From Gammaproteobacteria bacterium (GTDB lineage Bacteria; Pseudomonadota; Gammaproteobacteria; Arenicellales; Poriferihabitantaceae), in contig JAPOSW010000005.1 of assembly GCA_026709505.1 (NCBI GenBank), positions 3,214 through 67,213 of the forward strand: DNA of 64,000 bases, given 5' to 3'. Position numbers and translations under genes: made by a program. The notes beneath the pieces were generated by a model, which worked only from the letters and a program-made list of their open reading frames with translations, ran no database searches and had not been told where the DNA came from. Positions 10,920 to 20,222 of the stretch are shown here, in pieces; position 1 is the stretch's first letter; every line of letters begins with the position of its first letter.

Positions 10920-11680
10920 GATCGCTTACTGCATTGAGAGAGAAGATTATGGAAAACCAGCTGAATGAACTTGGAATGACGGTCGGGCATGCAGTCACAG
11001 GCTGGAGCAGGCCGCCCAGACCCCAGAAAACTGTTCTGTCAGGCCAGTATTCTCGTCTGGAACCGCTGAATATAGATCGGCATGCAAAACAGCTGCATGA
11101 AGCGTATAGCAAGGATCAGGAAAACCGAATCTGGGTGTACCTGCCCTATGGTCCCTTTGATGACTTCCATTCCTTCAAGGAGTGGCTTGAATGCGGCTGT
11201 CTATCCGATGACCCGCAATACTATGCCGTCATCAACCTCGCCTCAGGCCAGGCAGAAGGGGTGGCGACTTATCTCAGAATCAAGCCAGATGCCGGTTCTA
11301 TCGAGGTCGGTCATATCAATTACTCCCCTGCCCTGCAAGGCACGCCGGCAGCCACTGAAGCCATGTACCTGATGATGCGCAATGCCTTTGATCTGGGCTA
11401 CCGAAGGTATGAATGGAAGTGCAACGCATTGAACGGCAAGTCTTGCCGGGCTGCCATTCGTCTGGGGTTTCAGTACGAGGGAACTTTCCGGCAGATGATG
11501 GTAGTGAAAGGACGCAATCGGGACACGGCATGGTATTCAATGCTTGATCACGAATGGCCCAAAATCAAGCAAGCGTTCGCCGCATGGCTGAGCCCCGAGA
11601 ATTTCGATGAATCCGGACAACAACATACGTCTCTTTCTGAGTTGATGCGTGAAGCAAGGCACAGCGTTAGTGCGTCATGA
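10916..11680 (+). CDS. GNAT family N-acetyltransferase (RimJ/RimL-like)
   Basis: The GNAT core reads IEVGHINYSPALQGTPAATEAMYLMMRNAFDLGYRRYEWKCNALNGKSCRAAIRLGFQYEGTFRQ. Its ATG overlaps the upstream stop (ATGA at 10916-10919), which suggests translational coupling. Confidence 0.75.
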   Translation: MRSLTALREKIMENQLNELGMTVGHAVTGWSRPPRPQKTVLSGQYSRLEPLNIDRHAKQLHEAYSKDQENRIWVYLPYGPFDDFHSFKEWLECGCLSDDPQYYAVINLASGQAEGVATYLRIKPDAGSIEVGHINYSPALQGTPAATEAMYLMMRNAFDLGYRRYEWKCNALNGKSCRAAIRLGFQYEGTFRQMMVVKGRNRDTAWYSMLDHEWPKIKQAFAAWLSPENFDESGQQHTSLSELMREARHSVSAS

Positions 11681-11699
11681 TCGTGATCGCCAGAAGACC

Positions 11700-13013
11700 T
11701 CAATATGTCGAACCGTATGCGGCGTAGATTTCAGACTCGGTCATCTTTGACAAATAGGCCATCTCGCCCTGCTTGTGCTTGATGTAAATGTCAGCAAATG
11801 CAGGAGGGAACCAGCCGGTCACGGTCTTATTGCCTGCAAAGATCTCAAGGGCGGCTTCGAGCGTTTGTGGAAGTCGGACAATATTTCGATTGCGGAGTGC
11901 AGACTCTGACAGCAATGACAGATCTTCTTCGGTAACGGCTGGACAATCAAGTTCCTCTTCGATTCCCTGCGTGCCGGCATGAACAATTGCTGCAAGTGCA
12001 AGATAGGGGCTCGCAGCCGCATCGGCGGCACGGAATTCAAAATTGAACTGATCCCTCAATGCAACATCGCTCAAGCGATGTACTGGGCAAATGCGAATCG
12101 CGGCTTCACGGTCGCGGAATCCTAGATTATTGAAAGCCGAACTCCAGCGGTGGGGCACCAGCCTGTTGTAGGAAATGACGCTGGGCGCGGTCAGCGCAGC
12201 AATGCTATCGAGATATTTCAATATACCGGCAATAAACTGTCCCGCGATCCGGCTGAGTCCGCACCTGCTTCTGGGATCATAGGTTACTGCATTTTCCTCG
12301 TTGTCACGCAAGCTCATGTGAATGTGGACGCCATTGCCGACATCCGCTGGGTCGCGCAATGGCGTGAAGCTTGGAATGAGCCGCAGACGCTCAGCACAAA
12401 TGCGAACAAGCTCCCGCAGAATCGTTGCATGATCCGAAATGGCCAATCCTGAAACTGGCCCGATAGTGACTTCATACTGGTTAATACCGTACTCTTTCAT
12501 GAAGGTGTCTGGCCGCAGTCCTGCCTGTTTAATTGCCGCAACAAGTATTTCAGCAAATTCCCTTTGCGCTCGAAATCCTGAAGCTGTATATGCATTCCCC
12601 TGCGGAGAATCAGCTGCAACGAGATGGAACTCGTGCTCGAACGCACCGTAAAGGGTTAAATTGGCGACCGCCTCAAGGCGCTCCAAGGCTGCCCGCAGAA
12701 TGGATCGAGTACAGCATTCCCAGCTAGATCCATCGGTTTCATAGATATTCCCAAGTACAAACCGCTCGACCGCCAGTCCGTCCTCAAAGTCAAGTTCCGT
12801 GTAAGTTGTCAAATCAGGAATCAACACCAGGTCCCCCAGGGCACCGTAAGGACTATCGGCAATAGAGTCAAAACAGGTTATTTGAACATTGGTTGGAGTC
12901 CAGCCAATACCGCTTTTGAGACGCTTGTCGAGCTGGCTGGCCGGGAATGACTTGCCACGCACCTTGCCGGCAATGTCGCTAGTCGCAGCAATTATCAGAG
13001 GTTCACGTTTCAT
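11700..13013 (-). CDS. Glutamine synthetase family protein (GS-like ATP-dependent amide ligase, substrate unknown)
   Basis: The 437-aa ORF has a GS catalytic-domain pattern (GAFEHEFHL, KEYGINQYEV, GNGVHIHMSL, SYNRLVPHRWS, REAAIRI). The N-terminal domain is short and non-canonical. Confidence 0.75.
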   Translation of the reverse strand: MKREPLIIAATSDIAGKVRGKSFPASQLDKRLKSGIGWTPTNVQITCFDSIADSPYGALGDLVLIPDLTTYTELDFEDGLAVERFVLGNIYETDGSSWECCTRSILRAALERLEAVANLTLYGAFEHEFHLVAADSPQGNAYTASGFRAQREFAEILVAAIKQAGLRPDTFMKEYGINQYEVTIGPVSGLAISDHATILRELVRICAERLRLIPSFTPLRDPADVGNGVHIHMSLRDNEENAVTYDPRSRCGLSRIAGQFIAGILKYLDSIAALTAPSVISYNRLVPHRWSSAFNNLGFRDREAAIRICPVHRLSDVALRDQFNFEFRAADAAASPYLALAAIVHAGTQGIEEELDCPAVTEEDLSLLSESALRNRNIVRLPQTLEAALEIFAGNKTVTGWFPPAFADIYIKHKQGEMAYLSKMTESEIYAAYGSTY

Positions 13014-13495
13014 TGTCTGTTAATCGAACTTTCAATCGCAGTTCGCCCACTTGTCGCCCCGTCGCTGAGCTGCATTCCAGTCCTGTTCAGAGATGATGGG
13101 CAATGCCTGCTTCAATAAGAGTCATAGCTCGACAATTCATGTTCCCTGATGGTGCCGGCAAGTGTAACAACCCCTTTTGCAAATCCTGCATTAGATTTGG
13201 GGTCTGGCAGTAAAGGCAGCTTCAGGCGAAAAACCGGTGCTTGCAGCTAGCCACCGAACTCCAGCGAAAGGGGAAAAGATAATGTGGAACCCGGAAGGAC
13301 GCAATCCCCTCCACGGTTCGAGACTGGCGGTGCATGACTCGGTTCCGCATGCCCAGTCTATCACAACCAGAGGTGAAAAAATAAACTTCAACCCAATCGA
13401 AAACTTCAGGGGCCCGTGCATTGCAGTTCGCTATCATTACAGCGGCAAGTTTTCGGTAAAATTGGAGCATATGGTAAATTCTAAAACTAGCGTCG

Positions 13496-14284
13496 ATGGA
13501 TATGCAGATTGGAGCTGACGTTCGATCGAATACATTGCTTGGTCCAGATGATTGCAGGCCTCTGGACATCGTCAATGAATCCAGCCAATACCCGGTTCTC
13601 CTGGTATGCGAACACGCTGGACAGTCGATACCCAAGGCGCTGGGCGATCTAGGACTGTCAAGAGAAAACATGAACGAGCATATTGCCTATGACATTGGTG
13701 CCAGGCAAGTTTCCATCATGATTGCCGAATATCTTGGCGCGCCGCTGATTCTGCAGCCCTACAGCCGACTGGTCATTGACTGCAATCGTCCGGTCCATTC
13801 TGAACAAGCGATTCCATTACAAAGCGATGGAATACGGATTCCTGGCAATTGCGACCTCGGCCCTGAAGAACGCTTACAACGCATCAAGGAAGTCTACAAT
13901 CCGTTTCACGATTCCGTCTCGGCACTTCTTGACCGGCACTTTAGAGAGGCCGCTTTTGCCATTCACAGCTTCACGCCGATACTCGACAATGAGACAAGAC
14001 CATGGGATTTGGCATTTCTGTTTCGCAAGGATGCCGAAACATCACATAGTCTGGCTGATGCCGTCAGACGGCTGGATCCGACTCGGAATATTGGCATGAA
14101 TGTACCTTATTCCATCGATGACAGTACTGACTGGTTCGTGCCTTACCATGGAGAGCAACGCGGGCTTGCTCATAGCCTGATTGAAATCCGCAATGACCAC
14201 CTCAGATCGGAAGCGTGCTGTCTCTCATGGGCGAAACTGCTCTCCAGGGCAATCCAGCAATTCCTCGACAAGGCGTTCTCATGA
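13496..14284 (+). CDS. N-formylglutamate amidohydrolase (FGase) family protein
   Basis: FGase-like motifs are PVLLVCEHAGQSIP, RLVIDCNR and AIHSFTP. Confidence 0.7.
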   Translation: MDMQIGADVRSNTLLGPDDCRPLDIVNESSQYPVLLVCEHAGQSIPKALGDLGLSRENMNEHIAYDIGARQVSIMIAEYLGAPLILQPYSRLVIDCNRPVHSEQAIPLQSDGIRIPGNCDLGPEERLQRIKEVYNPFHDSVSALLDRHFREAAFAIHSFTPILDNETRPWDLAFLFRKDAETSHSLADAVRRLDPTRNIGMNVPYSIDDSTDWFVPYHGEQRGLAHSLIEIRNDHLRSEACCLSWAKLLSRAIQQFLDKAFS

Positions 14285-14928
14285 ACTATTCAAGGGATTT
14301 GCCAATTGATGTAAGCAAGTCAGCATTGCTGTTCATCGATGTACAGAATTATTGCGCTCATCGTGATGGGTCGGAATTTGCCGGTTTATCGCCATTGGAG
14401 TTCACGAATCAGTACGGCTGGTTCTTTGATGCTCTTGAGAGACGCGTCATTCCCAATATGCAGCGTCTGCAGGAGTCATTCAGGCGTGCTGGCATTGAGG
14501 TGATGTACACGACAATTGAAAGTCTGACACATGACGGACGTGATCGTAGCCTGGACTATAAAATCACGGGATTTCATGTACCGAAAGGATCGTGGGACGG
14601 ACGGGTAATTGATCAACTCGAACCGAGTGATGACGAGATTTGGCTGGCCAAAACCTCATCCTCCGTATTTGTCTCCACCAACATCGACTACATTCTGCGA
14701 AACCTCAATATCCGACAGCTCGTAATCAGTGGACTGATTACCGACCAATGCGTCGAGAGCGCAGTTCGAGATGCCTGCGACCTGGGCTACCTGGTCACGC
14801 TGGTTACCGATGCCTGTACGACCTACAGCCAGGAACGACATGATTATTCATTGTCGGCTATCAAGGGATATTGCCGCCAGCTGACCACCGATGTACTGCT
14901 CAGAGAACTCCGGGAAGTCAATCAATGA
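14281..14928 (+). CDS. Isochorismatase-family cysteine hydrolase
   Basis: Family motifs are ALLFIDVQNYC and QLVISGLITDQCVESAVRDACDLGY, the latter with the catalytic Cys context. I place the start at the ATG at 14281, which overlaps the FGase stop (ATGA). The longest ORF from 14215 would overlap the upstream gene by 70 nt. Confidence 0.8.
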   Translation: MNYSRDLPIDVSKSALLFIDVQNYCAHRDGSEFAGLSPLEFTNQYGWFFDALERRVIPNMQRLQESFRRAGIEVMYTTIESLTHDGRDRSLDYKITGFHVPKGSWDGRVIDQLEPSDDEIWLAKTSSSVFVSTNIDYILRNLNIRQLVISGLITDQCVESAVRDACDLGYLVTLVTDACTTYSQERHDYSLSAIKGYCRQLTTDVLLRELREVNQ

Positions 14929-15272
14929 ACAAGTGTACTCAGGGAGTCCTGGCCTTGACGGTTCCGGCAGTTTGCCAAGTCCTTGCACTCCCGGCCGTCA
15001 AATGCTCCATTGTGGCCTGACAATTTTAATTCCACACGGTAATTCAATGGCCAGAATACTCCATCGAAACAGAGGCCAGCCTTGATATTTGACGAGGATA
15101 GCCTTATCAGGTCAAGGCCACCTTCTGAACCATTCAAGCCAGATTTGACAGCAGTCTTCCAGCATAAATAGTAAACAGTCCTGTCCTGAATGGTACAGGG
15201 AACAGTGAATAATGCTGGTTTTCGAGAAGACTGACAGTTATCCAGGGCATCATCGACTTGCCTTGTTTTCAA
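14922..15272 (-). CDS. Hypothetical Cys-containing small protein (uncertain)
   Basis: This is the only sizeable ORF (116 aa) in the 320-bp convergent gap between the isochorismatase-like gene and trmJ. No family is recognised and there is no signal peptide. It overlaps both neighbours slightly. Confidence 0.25.
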   Translation of the reverse strand: MKTRQVDDALDNCQSSRKPALFTVPCTIQDRTVYYLCWKTAVKSGLNGSEGGLDLIRLSSSNIKAGLCFDGVFWPLNYRVELKLSGHNGAFDGRECKDLANCRNRQGQDSLSTLVH

Positions 15273-15969
15273 CGGATTTCAAGATCCCCCGCAATATGTT
15301 CACTTCTTCCAGAGTAAGCTGAGACCGGTTAAACAGTCTCTTCAGCTTGCGCATCAATAGCGATGAGCGTCCATCCAGAAATTCAGTCATGGTCAACGTC
15401 TTCTCCAGATGTGTCATGAATCCCTTGATCTGTTCGATATTCGCGAGCTCCTCCTGTTCTTTCCTGCCGGCCGAATTGTCAGCATCCGCAAGCGCTTTTC
15501 GAAATTCATAGCAGAGAATTGTTGCCGCCGAGGCCAGATTCATGGATGGAAACGCCTCATCAACATCAATCCTGATCATATAGTTGCACAGGTCGAGCTC
15601 GGCATTTTCGAGTCCATTGCGTTCCCGACCGAAAACAACTGCCAACCGGGCATTCTGGCTGACAGCCTTCCCCATTGCCTGATCGGGCAAAAGCGTTGGC
15701 CAGCTGACCGCCCTCCTTCTTGAAGTCGTTCCAAATACCAGTGTACAGTCTGCAACCGCCTTCTCCAGCGTTGGATAGTGTTTGGCTTCCCGCAATACCC
15801 TTTCTGCGCCGCTGGCTCGTCGCAGGGCATCTGAATTCACGATATCAGCGGCATTGACCAACGCCATGTTGTGCATTCCCATGTTCGCCATGGAACGGGC
15901 GACTGCGCCAACATTGCCAGGTAGCGACGGTTCAACCAGAACGATTCGGATATAATTGGATGTCTTCAT
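15250..15969 (-). CDS. trmJ: tRNA (cytidine/uridine-2'-O-)-methyltransferase TrmJ (SpoU family)
   Basis: The N-terminus IRIVLVEPSLPGNVGAVARSMANMG and a SPOUT C-terminal knot region support the call. It is divergent from suhB, as in enterobacteria and pseudomonads. Confidence 0.85.
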   Translation of the reverse strand: MKTSNYIRIVLVEPSLPGNVGAVARSMANMGMHNMALVNAADIVNSDALRRASGAERVLREAKHYPTLEKAVADCTLVFGTTSRRRAVSWPTLLPDQAMGKAVSQNARLAVVFGRERNGLENAELDLCNYMIRIDVDEAFPSMNLASAATILCYEFRKALADADNSAGRKEQEELANIEQIKGFMTHLEKTLTMTEFLDGRSSLLMRKLKRLFNRSQLTLEEVNILRGILKSVENKASR

Positions 15970-16046
15970 GATATGCGTACTTTGGTGAAGCAGTCCACGA
16001 TTGATTGCTGGCCGGATTTCGCCAATGCTCTTTCAGGAAAATTATA

Positions 16047-16871
16047 TTGGACCCTCTGCTCAATATCGGGATAAACGCCGCTGTTTCAGCCGGAAAAGTT
16101 CTGACCCAGTCCCTCAATTCACTGGACCGCCTTCATGTAACGCCGAAAGGCCGCCATGATTTTGTAAGCGAAGCCGACCACATGTCCGAAGAAACCATTA
16201 TTGAGATTGTGCGCAAGCGCTATCCAGAGCATGGCATTGTGGCCGAAGAGTCAGGTATACACGTGGGTTCTGGCAATGACAAGGATCAATTCGAATGGAT
16301 CATTGACCCTCTGGATGGCACCATGAACTACCTGCACAATCATCCCGACTTTGCGGTTTCAATTGCCGTCACAAAAAACGGCATTCTCGAGCATGGCATT
16401 GTATTTGATCCGATTCGCAATGACTTGTATACCGCCAGCCGCAACGACGGGGCGCAATTGAATGGAAAACGAATACGCGTAACACATGCCAGAAACCTGA
16501 AGCGATCAACAATTGCCGTGGGCACACCCCACCCAGACTATGACTACAGGGATTACTGGCTTGATAACGTTTCCGGAATCATCAAGGGAGTAGGCACGGT
16601 TCGAGTCACCGGTTCGGCTGCACTCGATCTGGCGCATGTCGCCACTGGCAGGACCGATGGTTTTCTTCAGCCCTCGCTGAAAATCTGGGACATTGCTGCC
16701 GGCAGCTTGCTGGTCCGGGAAGCCAGGGGGCTTGTCGCAGACTGGACCGGCGGTCAAAACCACCTCGAAAATGGATGTATCCTGGCCAGTGGAACCGGTA
16801 TTTTCAGTCAGCTTCTGGGATTGACACAATCTGTTTATGGCGATATTACAAAGCCAGACCCCACCCTATAA
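16047..16871 (+). CDS. suhB: Inositol-1-monophosphatase SuhB
   Basis: Motifs are WIIDPLDGTMNY and WDIAAG. I prefer the TTG at 16047 (M-DPLLNIGINAAVSAGKVL, AGGAAA 8 nt upstream), which matches the usual SuhB N-terminus. The longest ORF starts at the TTG at 16005. Confidence 0.85.
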   Translation: MDPLLNIGINAAVSAGKVLTQSLNSLDRLHVTPKGRHDFVSEADHMSEETIIEIVRKRYPEHGIVAEESGIHVGSGNDKDQFEWIIDPLDGTMNYLHNHPDFAVSIAVTKNGILEHGIVFDPIRNDLYTASRNDGAQLNGKRIRVTHARNLKRSTIAVGTPHPDYDYRDYWLDNVSGIIKGVGTVRVTGSAALDLAHVATGRTDGFLQPSLKIWDIAAGSLLVREARGLVADWTGGQNHLENGCILASGTGIFSQLLGLTQSVYGDITKPDPTL

Positions 16872-17164
16872 TTGGATGGCGGGCCGGCCGGTTTCATAGA
16901 CGGGATTGCGAAAGATCTTCCAGGCGAGGCGGTTCCGGCATTGATTCTTTGGCAACATGATAGAGGCTGCTACACTGGAAACGGCACTCAAGGCACCCTT
17001 CATCACGGCGATCAAAAAAACAGATTCGACTTCATGTACTTTTATTCCGACAGTCCCGATGTCCCAAAGCATGGAAACTCCATCATGGCACGAAATAACA
17101 AAGACTCTTTCTTGTACGAGGTGAAGATAGAATCTGAACTTATGCGCTGAATTGATATCGTTAT

Positions 17165-19783
17165 ATGGAACAACAATCTCTAATCAAGCCAACATTAGAA
17201 GGGTCTGTAAAATCTGAATTGTCGGGGCATACGCCCATGATGAAGCAGTATCTTGCAATCAAGAAGGAATATCCCGACACGATCCTGTTCTATCAAATGG
17301 GCGACTTCTACGAAATGTTTTTCGAAGATGCCCAGAAAACATCAAAACTACTCGATATCACCCTGACATCACGCAGTCAATCCGGAGGGTCGGAAGTGCC
17401 CATGGCCGGCATCCCTGTTCACTCTGTTGAACAATATCTTGAACGCCTGTTAAGCCTGAACCTGTCTGTCGCAATTTGCGACCAGGTTGGCGATCCGGCA
17501 AATGCCAAAGGCGGCCCGGTGGAACGCAAGGTTGTCAGGGTCGTGACTCCAGGCACCTTGATTGAGGAAATCCTGCTGAACGATCGGCATGAAAACATAA
17601 CCGCTTCAGTTTATGAACTGAACGGTCGCTACGGAATAGCCACGCTCGAAATATCAAGCGGACGGTTCGTAGGCTATGAGGTCAGTAGCCGAGAACTGCT
17701 GCTCAGCTCGATTCGCCGAATCAATCCTGCGGAGATGATCGTAAGCGATAATCAAAATCCGCTTGAAGATGATACTGCCGCACGGCAGGTCCCATCCTGG
17801 TATTTTGATTCATCGCGAGCCGAAAACGTTCTTTGCGAGCTGTTTGAAACCAAGTTTCTCGATGCATTCGACTGCCCGGAGTTCCCAGTGGCAACACGTG
17901 CGGCCGGTGCCTTGATTGTCTATATCCAGGATTTGCATGGCAATCAGCTGCCGCATGTCAACGGCATCGAATTCAAGCGGCAAAGCAGTTTTATAAACAT
18001 GGACGAGGTGACCCGGAAAAACCTGGAAATCGAAGTCGGGCATGATGGCACTTCCCAGAACAGCCTGGTGCGTATTTTCGATGACTGCAGAACCGCAATG
18101 GGCGCCAGAATGCTCCGAAGATGGTTCAACGCTCCCATTACGGACCGCGCAGAACTTGTCGCTCGGCACGATGCGATCGACTGGCTGCTCGAAACACCTC
18201 AGCTTGACAAAATCAGGACTCTATTGAAATCGATAGCGGACATTGAGCGAATACTCGCCAGAGTTTCCCTGAAAACAGCTCGGCCGCGGGACCTGCTGGG
18301 ACTTCGCGATTCCCTCGAAACCCTGCCAGAGATCAACCCGCTCATCGAACATTGCCCAGCGGCGCTGATTCAGTCATTGCAAGGCAGTCTGGCACCCCAG
18401 CATGAAGTGCATGGCCTTCTCAGGTCGGCCATCAAGGACGATCCCCCGAACATCATTCGCGATGGCGGTGTTTTGAGAGATGACTATGATCAGGAACTCG
18501 GTGAGCTAAGGCGCTTGCAGCAGGAATCCGGCGACCGCCTGCTTGAGATGGAAGTTCACGAACGAAAATCTACCCGAATTTCGAATCTGCGGATCCGCTA
18601 TAACCGGGTTCATGGATACTACATTGAAATCCCGCGATCACAGCAAGGCTCAGTACCGGAGCACTACATTCGACGGCAGACAATTAAGAATGCAGAGCGC
18701 TTCGTAACGGAAGAACTCAAGGAATTCGAAGAAAGGATACTGGGCGCCAAGGGCAAGGCATTGATTCGTGAAAAATACTTGTATGCCCAGATTCTTGAGA
18801 CCCTGCAACCTCACATCAGGGCCATCATGCAATGCGCGCGCGCTCTGGCTTGTCTAGACCTGCTTGGAAATTTTGCCGCAAAAGCCAGGACGCTCGGCTT
18901 ATGCCGCCCGGAACTGGTGGACAGATCCAGTATTGAAATTATCGATGGGCGTCATCCCGTCGTTGAACAAACACTGATCCAAAGGGACTTCATCAGCAAT
19001 ACGACTCTGCTTGACGAAAACATTCGAATGCAGCTGATTACCGGGCCGAATATGGGCGGCAAAAGCACCTACATGCGACAGGTCGCCATTATTGCCCTGC
19101 TGGCATATACCGGATGCTATGTCCCGGCAAGCTCTGCCAGAATTGGATTTATTGACCGGATATTCACACGAATCGGCGCTTCGGATGATCTGGCGGGCGG
19201 TCGATCAACGTTCATGGTCGAAATGACGGAAATGGCCGGCATTTTGCGAAATGCATCGCAAAACAGCCTAGTGGTTGTCGATGAAATTGGACGCGGAACC
19301 AGCACTTTTGACGGCCTGGCTCTGGCATGGGCCTGCGCACGGGAATTGGCGATGAAGGTCAAGTCTCTGACACTGTTTTCCACCCACTATTTCGAATTGA
19401 CCGTTCTTGAAGATGAACTTCCCTGTCTTGTCAATGTTCATCTTGATGCGGTGGAACATGGCGAGAACATCGTTTTCATGTACAAGGTCAAACTGGGCTC
19501 GGCTTCAAAGAGCTACGGACTACAGGTTGCCCGCCTGGCCGGGATTCCCGATCATGTCATTGCGGCTTCCAGCTCCAAACTATCGTCCATGGAGAGAATG
19601 CAGGTGGAAGAAGACGACAGGCCATGCGGTCCAAACGCTGACAAGCCGGTTCTGATCCCTGAAGTTCTGGAAGTAATTTCAATCATCAAGTCTCTTGATG
19701 TGGACAATCTGACACCGCGAGAGGCGCTTGACAAGATATATGAACTCCGCAAACATCTTGCGATGCAAGCAAACAATCGCTAA
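17165..19783 (+). CDS. mutS: DNA mismatch repair protein MutS
   Basis: The 872-aa ORF begins [17 protein letters not shown], carries the Walker A motif [13 protein letters not shown], and contains [12 protein letters not shown]. Confidence 0.95.
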   Translation: MEQQSLIKPTLEGSVKSELSGHTPMMKQYLAIKKEYPDTILFYQMGDFYEMFFEDAQKTSKLLDITLTSRSQSGGSEVPMAGIPVHSVEQYLERLLSLNLSVAICDQVGDPANAKGGPVERKVVRVVTPGTLIEEILLNDRHENITASVYELNGRYGIATLEISSGRFVGYEVSSRELLLSSIRRINPAEMIVSDNQNPLEDDTAARQVPSWYFDSSRAENVLCELFETKFLDAFDCPEFPVATRAAGALIVYIQDLHGNQLPHVNGIEFKRQSSFINMDEVTRKNLEIEVGHDGTSQNSLVRIFDDCRTAMGARMLRRWFNAPITDRAELVARHDAIDWLLETPQLDKIRTLLKSIADIERILARVSLKTARPRDLLGLRDSLETLPEINPLIEHCPAALIQSLQGSLAPQHEVHGLLRSAIKDDPPNIIRDGGVLRDDYDQELGELRRLQQESGDRLLEMEVHERKSTRISNLRIRYNRVHGYYIEIPRSQQGSVPEHYIRRQTIKNAERFVTEELKEFEERILGAKGKALIREKYLYAQILETLQPHIRAIMQCARALACLDLLGNFAAKARTLGLCRPELVDRSSIEIIDGRHPVVEQTLIQRDFISNTTLLDENIRMQLITGPNMGGKSTYMRQVAIIALLAYTGCYVPASSARIGFIDRIFTRIGASDDLAGGRSTFMVEMTEMAGILRNASQNSLVVVDEIGRGTSTFDGLALAWACARELAMKVKSLTLFSTHYFELTVLEDELPCLVNVHLDAVEHGENIVFMYKVKLGSASKSYGLQVARLAGIPDHVIAASSSKLSSMERMQVEEDDRPCGPNADKPVLIPEVLEVISIIKSLDVDNLTPREALDKIYELRKHLAMQANNR

Positions 19784-19858
19784 AATCAGCCGCTTGAGCC
19801 AGCGTATTGGCAACATAACCCTGACTGATTGAACTGACTTATTCGGAGTATCCTGAAT

Positions 19859-20182
19859 ATGACTTATGTGGTGACTGAATCCTGCATCCGTTGCAAGCTG
19901 ACTGACTGTGTTGAAGTTTGCCCAGTGGACTGTTTTCATGAAGGACCAAACTATCTGGTGATAGACCCCGAAGAGTGCATCGATTGCAGTCTTTGCGAGC
20001 CTGAATGTCCTGTCAACGCTATTTATGCTGAAGACGATCTGCCCAAGGAGCAGGCGCATTTTCTTGAATTGAATGCAGAACTCAGTCAAATTTGGCCGGT
20101 TATCTCCGAGATGAAGGATCCGCCCCAAGATGCGGATGAGTGGCGAGAGGTCAAGGATAAGCTGCAGTATCTCGAACGATAA
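19859..20182 (+). CDS. fdxA: 7Fe ferredoxin (FdxA type, 3Fe-4S plus 4Fe-4S)
   Basis: The sequence [29 protein letters not shown]...[16 protein letters not shown] is the classic ferredoxin I cysteine pattern. Confidence 0.9.
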   Translation: MTYVVTESCIRCKLTDCVEVCPVDCFHEGPNYLVIDPEECIDCSLCEPECPVNAIYAEDDLPKEQAHFLELNAELSQIWPVISEMKDPPQDADEWREVKDKLQYLER

Positions 20183-20222
20183 TCGCTACGCCAGTTCATC
20201 AAGGGTATAGCTTTCATTTCCC

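Noticed and set aside
13190-13215. Sigma-54 type promoter (TGGCAG ... GCAGC) in the GS-like upstream region
   Set aside because: The GG-to-GC spacing is 10 nt rather than the required 12, and the orientation does not fit the GS-like gene.
13222-13671. 149-aa minus-strand ORF in the GS-like/FGase divergent region
   Set aside because: It overlaps the well-supported FGase start region antisense. I recognise no family features, so it is likely spurious.
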